Source: Neodothiora populina
Lineage: Eukaryota
NCBI RefSeq assembly: GCF_041146345.1
Contig: NW_027191417.1
Location: 1,054,001-1,118,000 of the forward strand
Direction of reading: 5' to 3'
Length of the DNA: 64,000 nucleotides
Positions 11,492 to 23,440 of this stretch are shown piece after piece; positions within the stretch are counted from its first letter, which is position 1, and each line of letters opens with the position of its first letter. Made by a program: the position numbers and the translations under genes. The notes beneath the pieces are model-generated. The model saw nothing but the letters and a program-made list of their open reading frames with translations, searched no databases and was not told the origin of the DNA.

Positions 11492-12187
11492 TGAAGACAA
11501 TCGGACGCCGGGTTCGCAATGTGAGCATCACGAGGCATGTCAGAAACCAAACGCAGTGATGTATATAATGAAGCAACGAAGCATAACGAGCACGCGTAAC
11601 GAGGATGGAGACGATGTATATATTTCTTCTCCGTCACAAATCCATCCATACATGAAAACCACTTCCAAAAGTGTTCGTTCGGACAAGCGCCCGTTGCCGA
11701 TCAGATCTGTAGGCTATGAAAACACCACGAGGCTCAGAGAGTTCAGATCGTGGAACGGATCTCAGATCCGTCCGGTGATTGGAAGGACGATTGTGGAGTG
11801 TAAGAGCAGATCTATCCCTCCCGAAAATGGTTCCTCCGTATGGGTTGTAGCGCCGCCCACATTATGACATCAGTATAAACCGTCAGATGCTCGAGCCAAA
11901 CCCCGACAGGACGACTACGGACGAGATTTACCCCTCGCCTCAGCTAGTGCAATAATCATGTCCGTCGTAACAGTGACGAGTTGAATGGAAATACGTTTCA
12001 TTGTTTTATATCCTCGAATCCCACTTGCTCACATTGGCATACATCTTTCTCCAACACCATTGACGGAAAAAAAAACCCATACATGCGTTCATTCACCCCA
12101 GCTTATATCCAAAGAAGCCTTCGACTACTCAGTAAACCAGCAAGTCTCGGATTCTCACCTTCAGTACCCTTACAGCAGACTTCAGCC

Positions 12188-13033
12188 ATGTCTAGTATGT
12201 AGTTGCACTCGATCTCTTGTTGATTGATCCAATACCAACGTCAAGATACAGCCACTCCTCAGATCGAAAACACAAACATCAACACCGCACCCGGTGTCAG
12301 TCTAGACGACCGTCAGAAGCTGCTCGTGGGCTGCGTGCTTGACCTCTTCGCCGGTCGACCCAGCAAGGAGAAGCTCCAGCTCTGGACCGACGATGGCACA
12401 TTCGAGGACCCTATCACTATAGCCAAGGGCCGAGACAAGTATGAGCCGCAATGGGTATGCAGTTGACCATTTGTTGAAATCAGTGTCCGTACGCTGACGT
12501 CCCGGTAACAGTACGGTCTGCGTGCCGCCTTCAGCGAGATCGAACGCATCTCGCATCAAGTCAACTCGTCCGGAAACCCCATCACCATGGACATGAAGAC
12601 CCGCTACGTCGTCAAGGGCATCAGCAAGGAGCAGACCATTGCGTCGGTGGTCAACATCTTCGTCAACAGCGAGGGCAAGATCGAGAAAGTCGAGGATAAG
12701 TGGGACGGCCAGCTGCCCGACAGTGCATTCAAGAATGTGAGTTCTCTCTCCCAGCTGTTGAGCCCCGTATGGTGGATCAATTATGCGATTGGATGGGCCT
12801 TTTGGTGTTGGAGTTTTGTGTGGTACACTAGAATCTGGATGGTGAGGGCCATTTCGCTTCTCTTCGTCGTGTGCCTGAGGATAGAAACAGAAAAATGTGC
12901 CGTTTCTGATCTGGATGAATCGTCGCTAATGTACGATTTCTCGCAGGCTTTCCGACGTCTCAACGCCGTGACGGTGCCCAAGATGATCAACGTCCCCAAG
13001 AGCGACGCAGAAGATGCTAAGAAGGGCAACTAG
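12188..13033 (+). CDS. SnoaL/NTF2-like fold small protein
   Basis: ATG TCT A, then intron 12195-12245/12251, intron 12455-12511 and intron 12737(or 12842)-12946. VLDLFAG..W..DGTFEDPITIAKGR..YEPQWYGL and KIEKVEDKWDG are typical of a conserved fungal SnoaL-like family. Confidence 0.85.
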
Positions 13034-13110
13034 GAGCATTTGCAAGGACTTGGCGTAGAGCATGAAGGAGACCAGCTCTAGTACAGCATAGTAGCTCCTG
13101 TATTCTATAC

Positions 13111-13593
13111 TTATGTCTGATGACCCGCCGTGGCCACACTGAGGATCTCGTCTTCGAGACCAGAAACATGAATGACCTTGACCCGAGCATCCTCGAGTTT
13201 ACGCCGACCCTGATTCTCTCCCACGAATTTCTCGGGCTCATTGACTCCAATACACACGGTACGAATCTTCGCCTGCAGCACCCGATCCACACAAGGCAAA
13301 TTGCCGCTCAGCCGCAGATTGCACGGTTCCATAGTAGTATACAGCACCGCATCATCAGGAAGCACAGAAGCCATGTCAGCCTCGGCGACACCGCGGTCGG
13401 TGGCGAATTTGGCAAAACAGCATTGCTCGGCATGGGTATTGCCTGGCAGCTCGAGTGTGTAGCCAGTCGCCAGCACGGGAGATGCGGCGGACGGCGAGAC
13501 GAGCAGGGCGCCGACACAGAAGTTTGTCGGCTTTGGTGGTGACTTTTTGGCTTCGGATAGGGCGAGGCGCATGTAGTGCTCGTGGCTCGTCAT
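13111..13593 (-). CDS. Cytidine-deaminase-fold protein, Rib2-type DRAP deaminase (riboflavin biosynthesis)
   Basis: Zinc-binding motifs HAE and PCNLRLSGNLPC. PTNFCVGA and GYTLELPGNTHAEQC match the stand-alone fungal Rib2 deaminase domain. Confidence 0.88.
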   Translation of the reverse strand: MTSHEHYMRLALSEAKKSPPKPTNFCVGALLVSPSAASPVLATGYTLELPGNTHAEQCCFAKFATDRGVAEADMASVLPDDAVLYTTMEPCNLRLSGNLPCVDRVLQAKIRTVCIGVNEPEKFVGENQGRRKLEDARVKVIHVSGLEDEILSVATAGHQT

Positions 13594-14134
13594 GGCTGAA
13601 TTGGAGTTTCTGTTCTTCTGGTGTTTTGTTCCGTTGATGTGGTGATGTGTGAAGGACAGAAGAATGTGGATAGAAGTAGATTTGTGAATGATTAATTACA
13701 CCAAGTCTACTGAATCTTCCAGACCCTTTGCACCCCTCCTTCGGTGGGGACAAGCTAAAGCGGTCTGGGTATTCGATTTTCTGATCATCTATCTTCACCA
13801 CGAGAGCAGTATGACACACACTTGTGATGTACAAGTGCTACTCTCCGTTATATCATGGTGTGTAGACTGCAATCTGGGCGAGTGAGCCCAAAGATGTATT
13901 GCGGCAGTACAGTAGGTACACGGAGTAGTAAAGTGATGTAGTAAATTGACCCGCTAGGCCTCGGCACGCGTCGTCGCGTCTTCGGATGACGTCCACGCGT
14001 ATATCACTTTCTGCAACAGATCAAAGCACTTTCGTACCGACCAGTCTTCATCAGTCCGCGAAACACATATCTTGCCAACATAGTGTTTGAGGATAAGACA
14101 ACCAAGTCTGTGTGATCCGTCAACTTCTCCAGGT

Positions 14135-15094
14135 ATGTCGTCTTCGCCAGAAATTGACCATCTCGAAGTCGGCGAACCTCCCGTCATCGATCCCTACAAA
14201 GTCCTCGGACTAGACAAATCGGCTACGCCCGAGCAAGTCAAGTCTGCATATCGAAGAGCAGCACTCAAGTCGCATCCAGGTATGTGATCTCATGCCAAAC
14301 ATGCATACCTTGTACCCGGCATACTGATCAACCTTGGTACAGACAAAGCAAAGGACGAGGACAAACAACAGGCTCATACCCGGTTCCAAGAAATCGCCCT
14401 TGCATATGCTGTCCTGAGCGATCCGACACGACGCAAGCGCTACGATGCCACCGGCCGCACCGACGAATCTCTCGATCTCGACGACGACGACTTCGACTGG
14501 GCATCCTTCTACCGAGAGCAGTTTGCAGATGTCATCAACCCAGACTCTATTGCCAGATTCAGCCAGGAGTACAAAGGCAGTGATGAAGAGCGGGAGGCTC
14601 TGCTAGCTGCCTACACTGACTTCGAGGGCGACATGGATCAGGTCTACGAGTATGTAATGGTCAGCAATCCCGCCGATGACGACGAGCGCTTCCGCGACAT
14701 CCTCAACGCCGCTATCGAGGAAGGCGGGATTGAGTCTTTCCCAACGTTCACGAAAGAAACGAAAAAGAGCATCAAAGCTCGCATCAAGGCGGCCAAAGAC
14801 GAAGGCAACGAAGCGGAAGAATATGCCAAAGAGCTGGGCGTGCATGACCAGCTATTCACCAAGAACAACCCAAAGAAATCAGGCAAGAAATCAGATCGAG
14901 GCAGCGAAGACGCGCTTGCCGCACTGATTCAGCAAAGGCAGAAGGGAAGGTCGGACAACTTTCTCGCCGACCTCGAAGCCAAATATGCCGCTCCATCCAG
15001 GAAGAAGAACGGCAAAAAGAGAGCCGAGCCGCTCGACGAACCGCCGGAAGAGGCTTTCCAGGCTACGGCAAAGAAATCGAGAAAAACAAAGTGA
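14135..15094 (+). CDS. DnaJ co-chaperone, DNAJC9-like
   Basis: J-domain (DPYKVLGL, HPD spanning intron 14280-14342, AYAVLSDPTRRKRYD), YKGSDEER, C-terminal FLADLEAKYA and basic NLS-like tails. Confidence 0.9.
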
Positions 15095-17655
15095 TTGAAT
15101 GCCGCTTTTTCCGAGACGCGCCGTCGTACTCGATTCACCTCCCGTTTTTACTTCAATTGTCGCGCTGATGGATATGGTTAAATTCGCGGACTGAACATTG
15201 ACAGCTGTGGCCCTTGGCTTTACTCTGATCTTCACCTCTCTCTGCGAGCAGAGACCCAATGAGACTCTACAAGCATGCAATCAGGCTACCTGCAGAAGTA
15301 TAACCTTGATCTCCGTTTGCCGAGAGAAGCGACCATAGGCTCGTTGCATACGCATACACCTATATCTCAAAGCAATAGCGTGTGTAGACAGATCTCAAAT
15401 CCGGCGCTATATATGGTGTTGGATCGCAGGGGTAAGTCAATAACAGAGCTCTTAGCGACATGTTCGTCCAAGGATCATCTTGCCTGTATGGTAAGCATGA
15501 CTTGGGTTTATTGCGACCGAAAGGGCGAGAGACCATAATCGTCGCTTGCTGTCAAGCAAACCACCAGAGCATCATTCCTGCTGCCATCTCATGCTGGCTC
15601 AGGATACCCCCAACCGACGCGCATGACAGTCACGATAACGGCACAAGACGTGCCGCATAGGATTTGGGGCAAGGGTGCGAGTACTTGTAAGGATGCAAGC
15701 GGACATTTTACAGTCGAAATTGCCCGATATAGCACAGATATAGCACAATACAATTATTCACACCAATGCTACAGAAGAGCACACTAGGCTTTAAGCGAGG
15801 CCGCATCGGACGTCTCTGTGCAGATGACCCTGTAAGCAGTAATGCATGCAGAGCACCTGGAAGCAGGCATACGCATGCTGTAAGCTGTGAAAGTGAATTG
15901 AATCATCACTGACGATCTCTTGTGTACTCTGCATAAGGTGAACAGGTCTTGATTAGACAGCCAGGTCCAGGTTCTATGCATGAGGTAGAGTAGTAAGAGA
16001 CTTGTAGTTGAGTCGCAGTCACTTCGTACATGAACTTTATGTATCATGAGGTACCTAGGTACCTTGGGCTCGGAAGCGCACGGTCGCCTCGACTGTCAAG
16101 ACATGTGGCTCAGTTGAAGTTATCCCATGGACACCTGCCTGACTTGTGACTGATGCTTCGCAGCTGTCAATATATATGCCTCTGTCTCGAGCAGATCTCA
16201 TCTATGGCCTCGGCTTGTGATCTGATCACCAGCGCGCATCCGAACATGTGCCAACCTTGTGAGTGCCACCGGAAATTCCAACCGATATGGTATCCTGCGC
16301 ATTCTGCATCTTGACAATGCACTGTCTAATGCTTGGCTTTCACTTCAATAGTTGTAAGCCAAACAGTGACCTGGGCAGCAATTGGCTATTCCGGCCGCGT
16401 TCTTCGTGGTCGTCCATGTGCCATTGATCCGCTCTGCGCACTCGAAAGCCTCACAGCTGCATTGGTGAGGGCGAACATTTTGATGGCTCCCCGCTGCCGG
16501 GTCCGAAATACTCCACCATAAGCCCTACTTCTCTGCATACCACTGAGCTTCCACTCTCGTTACTCCTCCGTGATATCCACACTTGAAGTCCAGACACGCG
16601 ATTGTCTCAGACGAGATCCACATCTACCGCCTGGCCCAGAGGATCGCAACTAGCAGACGACGAGTTCCCGATCGGCAGACATCTTTGCCGTACGCTTGCT
16701 TAATCCGTCGCACGTGGCTTAGATCTACCCGGAGCCTCAATTCGAGCTCTCGGGTTTTGTAGATGTAGGGCCACGGAAGAGTCGTGCGAGCTGCCACTTG
16801 CGGATGCTCACATTCACCTTTTGAGACTGACAGATGTCCAGATACGGATAGTGTTCTGGCTTATCTGCATGCTTCATGCAAGGACCAAAAGTACCCTGGA
16901 CGGAAGATACGTGGGGCCTTACAGTTGACTTCTCGTCCTCGACAACGCAGGCACGAACACAAGCTCTGATACTATAATCGGCGTCGTCATGCGGTCTATG
17001 CTGCTGGTTGTACGACAGCATCATCGTGGCATAGCCAACCATACATGAGCGAGTTCTGCAGACCGTTAACCCCCGCGGTCCTGCCTCCGCCTACAGTAAG
17101 TCGGACGCAAGTGACGTGTGGCCATGCACATGGCACATCTATTCTTACGAAGTACCCGGGAACGCCGACTTGCTCTCAACCGATGCCAAAAGCCAGTGTA
17201 GCAGCCGCAGCAGCTTGTTGGTGGACAAAGTTTCACTATGCAAAAGTGATACTGAGGAGGCGCCAGCTAGTACGATGGGTGTTTACTGGTAGATTCCCTC
17301 CTTCAGCCCTTCTATTGTCCGGTCCGCTCAGGCTGCGACTCAAGACGAATGCAAGCCATGTCGGAGAACCAGATACTCGCCACGTTCGATCTCCAGATAT
17401 GGCGAATCGTGGGATCCTGCACCGGGTTGAAGGCCCTCCTGCGGCTCCGGGCATACTGCTCGAGATGCATCCGACCTTTAAAACAAGCCCATGCACCCTC
17501 CATCATCGTCCGTGGCATCACGTAGTCATCGAGCCTCACCTGCAGTCACTTCCCTTCCCTTTGCATATACTCGCCATCATCCACTCATAAGACATCTATA
17601 TCTCGTCGTACTACCCTCCTGTGGTACATAACTATCTTTCCTACGTCGTGCAGCA

Positions 17656-19319
17656 ATGGCTCTTCTCACCAAGGCTGCGTTCCTTGCCTCGGCACTATTG
17701 TCTACTCGGACGCTCGCACAGTCATGTGTATCCTATGGTGTTGACTTCCAAAGCGGTGGATCATACTTCCAGAACATAAGCTCTACCGATGACTTTTCGT
17801 TTGTTTCCGTATTCGAAGGGTGTATGTGATGCCTTGTGTCATGTTATGGCCATATGCTTACATCTGAAAAGGCCAGGATGATGTTGCCAACAACATCCTT
17901 GTTGACCCCAATGGAGATGAGTATCAGTGTACAGATACACCTCTACAGCCAGACGATACCAACCAAATGGCAACTTGGTAAACCATCTCTCGTCCTCTCG
18001 TTTAACACATTTACAACTTGACTGACACAAGGTAGCCCGATGCAAAAGGACGACATGTTCACGGGTGATTGGTCAGTGATCATAATTTCCAACAACGGAG
18101 ACTCAGACCCTATTGCGTACGAACGTGACTTTTATGTCTCCGTTGGTGTACCGCAAACCTATACTGTAAGTTCACTTCGGATCTTCGGACTTGGTGGTTA
18201 CTGATAAGGATTACAGTTTACCCCAACCCTCACACTTACTGCTGTGACTACCCCCATCCTCAGTGGGTTTCTCTGATCAAACCACTTACCCTTATCGGTG
18301 ACTAACAGTCCACCAGATGTCACCAGCACGGACACTCAGACGTTTACCACGACCAGTACCGTCACTACCACTGTCCCATCCAAGACATATGTAAGTGTCT
18401 GAAGCTAGACCCTGCTAAGAGTTTCCCTTGAACAAGAACGGCTTTTCAGTAAAGGTATCTCGGTTGTCCTATAAGACAAGACTAACGTGGAGTAGTCCCC
18501 AACAGTCACTTCTACTCCGTCCAAGGTCACCACCACTATCACCAAGACCGTTGGCACAGTCAAAAAGACTGCTCGTGTTGTCATACCCAGCATCGTCACC
18601 AAGTCTCGCACAGCGACTTGCTCGATCCCTGCTAGACAAACCTTCCCCGATCCTACTTGCACAATCACCCCGACATTGGTCACGGCCGCAGCTCTTCAGA
18701 CCGACGCAGCGAAGGCCAAATTCCGTCGTGTGCCGGACGCCATCGCCATTCTCGACCGTGACACCCGTATTGCGGAGAGAAAGGCTCGTCTGGCCGAGAG
18801 GAGAGCTATTGCGAAGCGCACTCCCGACGCTGCCACTGTCACTGTCACTGGTATATGATCCTCTGATCCGTTTTTGTATAAGCTTGCCTGACTAAAGTAA
18901 TCTTTCTAGACACCAACACTGCCGATTACATCACCACGACGACGACCTCGACGGCGCCGACCTCGACCATGAGCATCACTGTGGCGGCGTCCATCACCAC
19001 GACTCTGACCACCACGACTACAGTCCAGAGCGGCAAGACCACTCTTCCCGTCGTGACCGTCACAGCGGGTAAGTTATTTTTCTCTTCTCCTTTGCCTCTT
19101 CTCGTCAAACTTCATTCCAATCCCGTGCATATGAAAAACCACAAATTACTAATCCAACCACCCCTTGCAGCAACACCAACCGTCACCAAGACCAGATACA
19201 CAGTCCTGACAACAACGGTTGCGACCTCTACGCGCACGCAGACCATCACCGTGACGAGCACTTTTGTGCCCACGGCGTCTGCGTCCATCTGTCGTATCAA
19301 GGGCGGTGTGATGAAGTGA
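17656..19319 (+). CDS. Secreted Thr-rich hypothetical protein with N-terminal Cys-containing domain (about 8 exons)
   Basis: Signal peptide MALLTKAAFLASALLSTRTLA, then CVSYGVDFQSGGSYFQN. About seven short introns (e.g. 17822-17871, 17978-18035, 18166-18216) join the frames. Thr/Val-rich stalk with dibasic Kex2-like sites (KFRR, IAKR). Only fragments appear in the ORF track. Confidence 0.8.
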
Positions 19320-20730
19320 TGAAGTATTTCTTGTCTTCTGGGAAGTGGAGAGAAGTCAAAGAAACAGGGCTTGAGCTGAGCTCACTATGCAGATAGTTCG
19401 CTGTCCTTCGGCGCCTCGCACATCTCTTGCCTTCCTATTTGCGTCTTTCGTGCGGCTTTCAATGGAAAAACCGGTCTTCTCGGGCGGTGGCTGCTAATCG
19501 ATTCGTCTAAGATGGTCTTTTTCGATCTTCCGTCTGTTTTGAAGCTCTAGTCTACCGCATATTTGCAGTGTTACTCGACGAGATATCTCTTTGCTTCATC
19601 GTACACTCAGATGTGATTTCCTTTTTTTTTGTTCTCCTAGAAAATATGACTGATGTGTATACCCCTGAGTACCTATACGTATGTGTATACTGCTGACCAT
19701 GGGTATACCCCAACATTACCGAGCCTCCGAAGCGGACGCAACGGAAAGACTTCTGAACCCCTCAGATCAATAACGCGTGTTTGTGAATATAAATATACAT
19801 GCATAATCTCTCCTTAGCCTCATTTTCCTCTCTTCGACCTATCGTCCAAGTCTCAAGCATTTACAGCACATCTACAATGCAATCGAGATCTTCGGGGGGG
19901 TTGGACGGCTTCGTCTTCCTGGCATGGCATGGCATGTGCATGCGAGCATCGAAAAGAAAAGGCTCAGGTATGTCTTTTCTCGGGCAGTCTAGAAGGACGG
20001 TTCACGACACGATGAGGCACGCTTACTGTACGGCGCCTTGGCTGGGGTTTCGGTAGTGATGGTTGAGTACCGGGATGGCAATCAGAACATCAAGATCAGG
20101 GAAAGGCACACAGAGAGAGATGAAGGGGCTAGGGACGCATGAGGCAAAGGTACGTGGCAATAGCAAATGATAGAAGAGGATTTGACTTGTCCTGTTTCAT
20201 TGGAGCATTATACCGAGGTCTTTCCAGGGGCTAGTGAAGAAAGAATAAAACTGCACTTCTTTAGTGAAGTGGACAGCGAAGCCCGCCTACCGCGCTGCAT
20301 GATGATTTCGGTGCGCAAGCACTACACTGACATCATCAAGCGTAATTGACGCAGCGATTCGTCTGAAGTTGTACCAGGCAAACAGAGGGTATCTGCTTGC
20401 TTGACCTGAGGTGCACCAGACGATACCTCCGCGAGTATGCGTCCCGGCACTATACAGCCATCTGGCCATGGATAGTCTGTTCTTGACAGGATATGCCTGA
20501 CTTTGCACACATGGTCCTCGGTACTGTAAATCCAGCAGTCGGGCTCGGACACTCAAGCCAAATTTGCCGGGCCAAGGCACTGCTCGCTGGATTCAATGCG
20601 TGACGAGGCACGACAACACCTCTCAAGTCGAGTGGTATGTACATATGCCATGACCAGATGCCGTGAGGGGGCCGTGGCAGTGTCAAGAGGCGAGAGAGAG
20701 AAGAGATGGCAAGCAAGAGGAGAACGAAGC

Positions 20731-22286
20731 TCAAGATGCAAACACTCTGACATTCAAGTCCACACTGCCGGTGGCAATGACACATCGTATGCTGACCTTG
20801 GCCACATCGTCCTCGGTTTTCGATTTGACAGCCGAGTCTCCGTTCGTCGGGGGCACGTCTTTGATGACACCCGGCGCCCATCGCATGCTGCTCACAAAAT
20901 GGCCGTGGGCATCTTCAACGGTCTTGACACACTTGCCCTCTTGAGCAAGATCCCAGCAGCGTATGGTCTTGTCGTCGCTACAGCTGAGCAGATATTTGCC
21001 TCCCGGGTGAAAGACCAATGCTCGGACCCAATTGTCGTGACCAACGAGAGTCTTGATCAGAGTGCCTCTGCAATCCCACAATTTGATAAGTTTATCCCTG
21101 CCAGCAGTAGCTACAAATTCGGCGGAACTGGCCGACGACGGGGGTTTCTTGAGACCAGCGAGGGTAGCCAGGTGTGTGTAAGCGGTGGGAGGTGCGAATG
21201 CGCAACACTCGATGACATGCTCGTGACCAACGAATGTAACCTTGGCATCACCCGAGGCAGCGTCCCACAACCTAGCAGTCTGATCGTTGGAGACCGAAAG
21301 AAGCCATCTTCCGTCAAAGCTGGGGGCAACATCGCGCACCCAGTCGGCATGACCTCTGATAGTTTTGACACAGTAACCTGTTGTGACGTCCCATATACGA
21401 ATGGACTTGTCTCGACTCGCACTGGCCAGTAAATTGCCGGAAGTAGGTGCTCCAGCGGCGCCCGAAGGGATGAATCGCACTGCGGAGACACTGTGATCAT
21501 GGCCTGGTAGGGTGCGTATATTCTTGTACTCATCACTCGGGTCCCATAGCTTGATTGTTAGATCTGAACTGCAGCTCGCCAGCAATGTAGCACCCCTTGG
21601 ACCTCCATAGTCGACGTCCAGGACACCCTTTGTGTGGCCCTTGACGGTACGCTCGAGTTCACCGAGTTCCCAGTCCCAGATCTTGATAGTCGTATCTTCG
21701 GAGCCAGAAGCCAGTGATGAAAAGACGGGGTGGAATGCAACGCAGGTGACCGGTTGTCTATGCGATTGGAGCGTGTGACGGGCAGGAGCTCGAGGCAGCC
21801 ATGAAAGAGGGTCCTGATTCCGGCGAGACAAAGAGGTGGGAGTGGCAGAATCTAACTCTGATTGTAGAGAGTTGGTTCGCGACTCGAGATCCATGATCTG
21901 GAACCGGGTACTTGTGCTTTAGTAGAGGCAATGGCTTTGTGGACAGACAGGACATGGTGAGTGGTAAGTTGTTGGGGCACACACCTTCTTCTGCAAGCGC
22001 ACCACACTCGTCCATTTCTTCTCCAGGAGACCTTCATATTTCTTGCGGGTAGACTCGTCAAAGGAGTCGCCAATGTTCAGCTCTTCTCTGAGTGCTGCAG
22101 CAGTGTTGGGTAGATTTGCGGCGGTGAGATAGGCGATGAGAGACTTGTGGCTATCAGCACATCAGCCTTTGGCTTCGACACAGAGCAGCAGCGGAAGAGG
22201 AAAAGAAGGGCTCGCAAAGAAGAGGCGATAGAAGAGGCGATGACTTACAGCTCATCAGCCTGTCTTTGTGTCAAAAGGTTCGTCAT
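20731..22286 (-). CDS. nudF: LIS1/NudF/Pac1 dynein regulator (LisH, coiled coil, WD40)
   Basis: Exons 22286-22249, 22150-21985 and 21897-20731. [42 protein letters not shown], then WD40 repeats ending [15 protein letters not shown]. Confidence 0.97.
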
Positions 22287-23440
22287 GTTGTTGTGCGCTG
22301 TAATGTTTTGTATACGGAGACGGCGCCTGGCCAAGAAAACAATGGCTAGGGGCGGTACAGGCAAGGTGCGCGACACGAGAATCAAGTGCTGCGAGACGAC
22401 TCAGGGAAGCACACACGCGCTGTGCCCGAATCTATGACTGAACCTGCAGCAAGAATAAGAACAATGTGAAGCAACCACAATACACTTCTCCTCACCCTGA
22501 GTCCTGCCGAGTGCGGTTCAACAAAGGTGAATAAGGGCAGTTGCGGCGATTGGCGGGGTTGCGGAGGTGGCAGCAGATGACGGGGGCGCAACGATACCCA
22601 ATTGCTGCAGTATAACGACAGCGAGAAAGCTATTACGACTGATCGAGAAGTAGTAGAAGGAGGTATAGCAGATGGGATGGCAATTATTATATGCCCTGCG
22701 TAGGTACAGTAGGCTGTGAGGCAAGTCTGAGACTTGATACCTCAAGGTATTCCTCCGTACCGTATTCGCACTTCTTTTGGTTGTAGACTGTCGGTATGAC
22801 AGTATGAGTGAGTCAGGTACAGCAATATACAGCCCAGAGACAAACAAATACCGTACACAATATACGCAGGTACACTACTAAGGGAATTATCATTATTGTT
22901 ATCATTATTATTCGTTGTTGATGCCCTTTGGGCGTGCAGCAAGGCAGATGGTGTCAATGCTCGGCGTCGGCACCCAATTAGAAAACAAATGCACAAATAA
23001 TAATAAATGCACAGCGGGGGACGGACTTAGGTTCACTGCAGTATATGCTTTGTATACATGCGTGTTTACAGCATTTGTTGTTATCCTCTCTCACTCTCAC
23101 AACCCTACTCTAGCCACTTTTCACTCCACTATTACCCCGATCCGCCCACTCTCTTCCGTCTTGCATCACGGTAAGAAATAAGAAGCTCAGTGATCTGGAT
23201 CTTTGACTGGACATAAACGTCGCAACCTGTCGACAACTTCCCTGAGTTAACTTGTCGACCTCATCATCGGCAAGCACGTCACTGCGCCCACCCCTCGACG
23301 CACAAAAACACCTTGGCGTGAATGAATAAATAAATAGAGATAAACACGCTTCCTGATCCCTGTCGCAAACAACAGTCTGGGACACCCTCGGATACTGCCT
23401 TTCCAATCGTTCCTCCTCGACCCCACCTGCACAGCCTGTC

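Noticed and set aside
16049..16064. Perfect 16-bp palindrome AGGTACCTAGGTACCT
   Set aside because: Single occurrence. GTAC/CTAG-rich low-complexity motifs are frequent in these intergenic regions, and there are no flanking TIRs or TSDs indicating an element.
15100..17600. 2.5-kb intergenic stretch with short ORFs (e.g. 17045-17590)
   Set aside because: No coding-like composition, no transposase or RT motifs, no terminal repeats and no AT-rich RIP-like signature.
20596..21432. 278-aa plus-strand ORF antisense to nudF
   Set aside because: Mirror of a conserved coding strand with no independent family signal.
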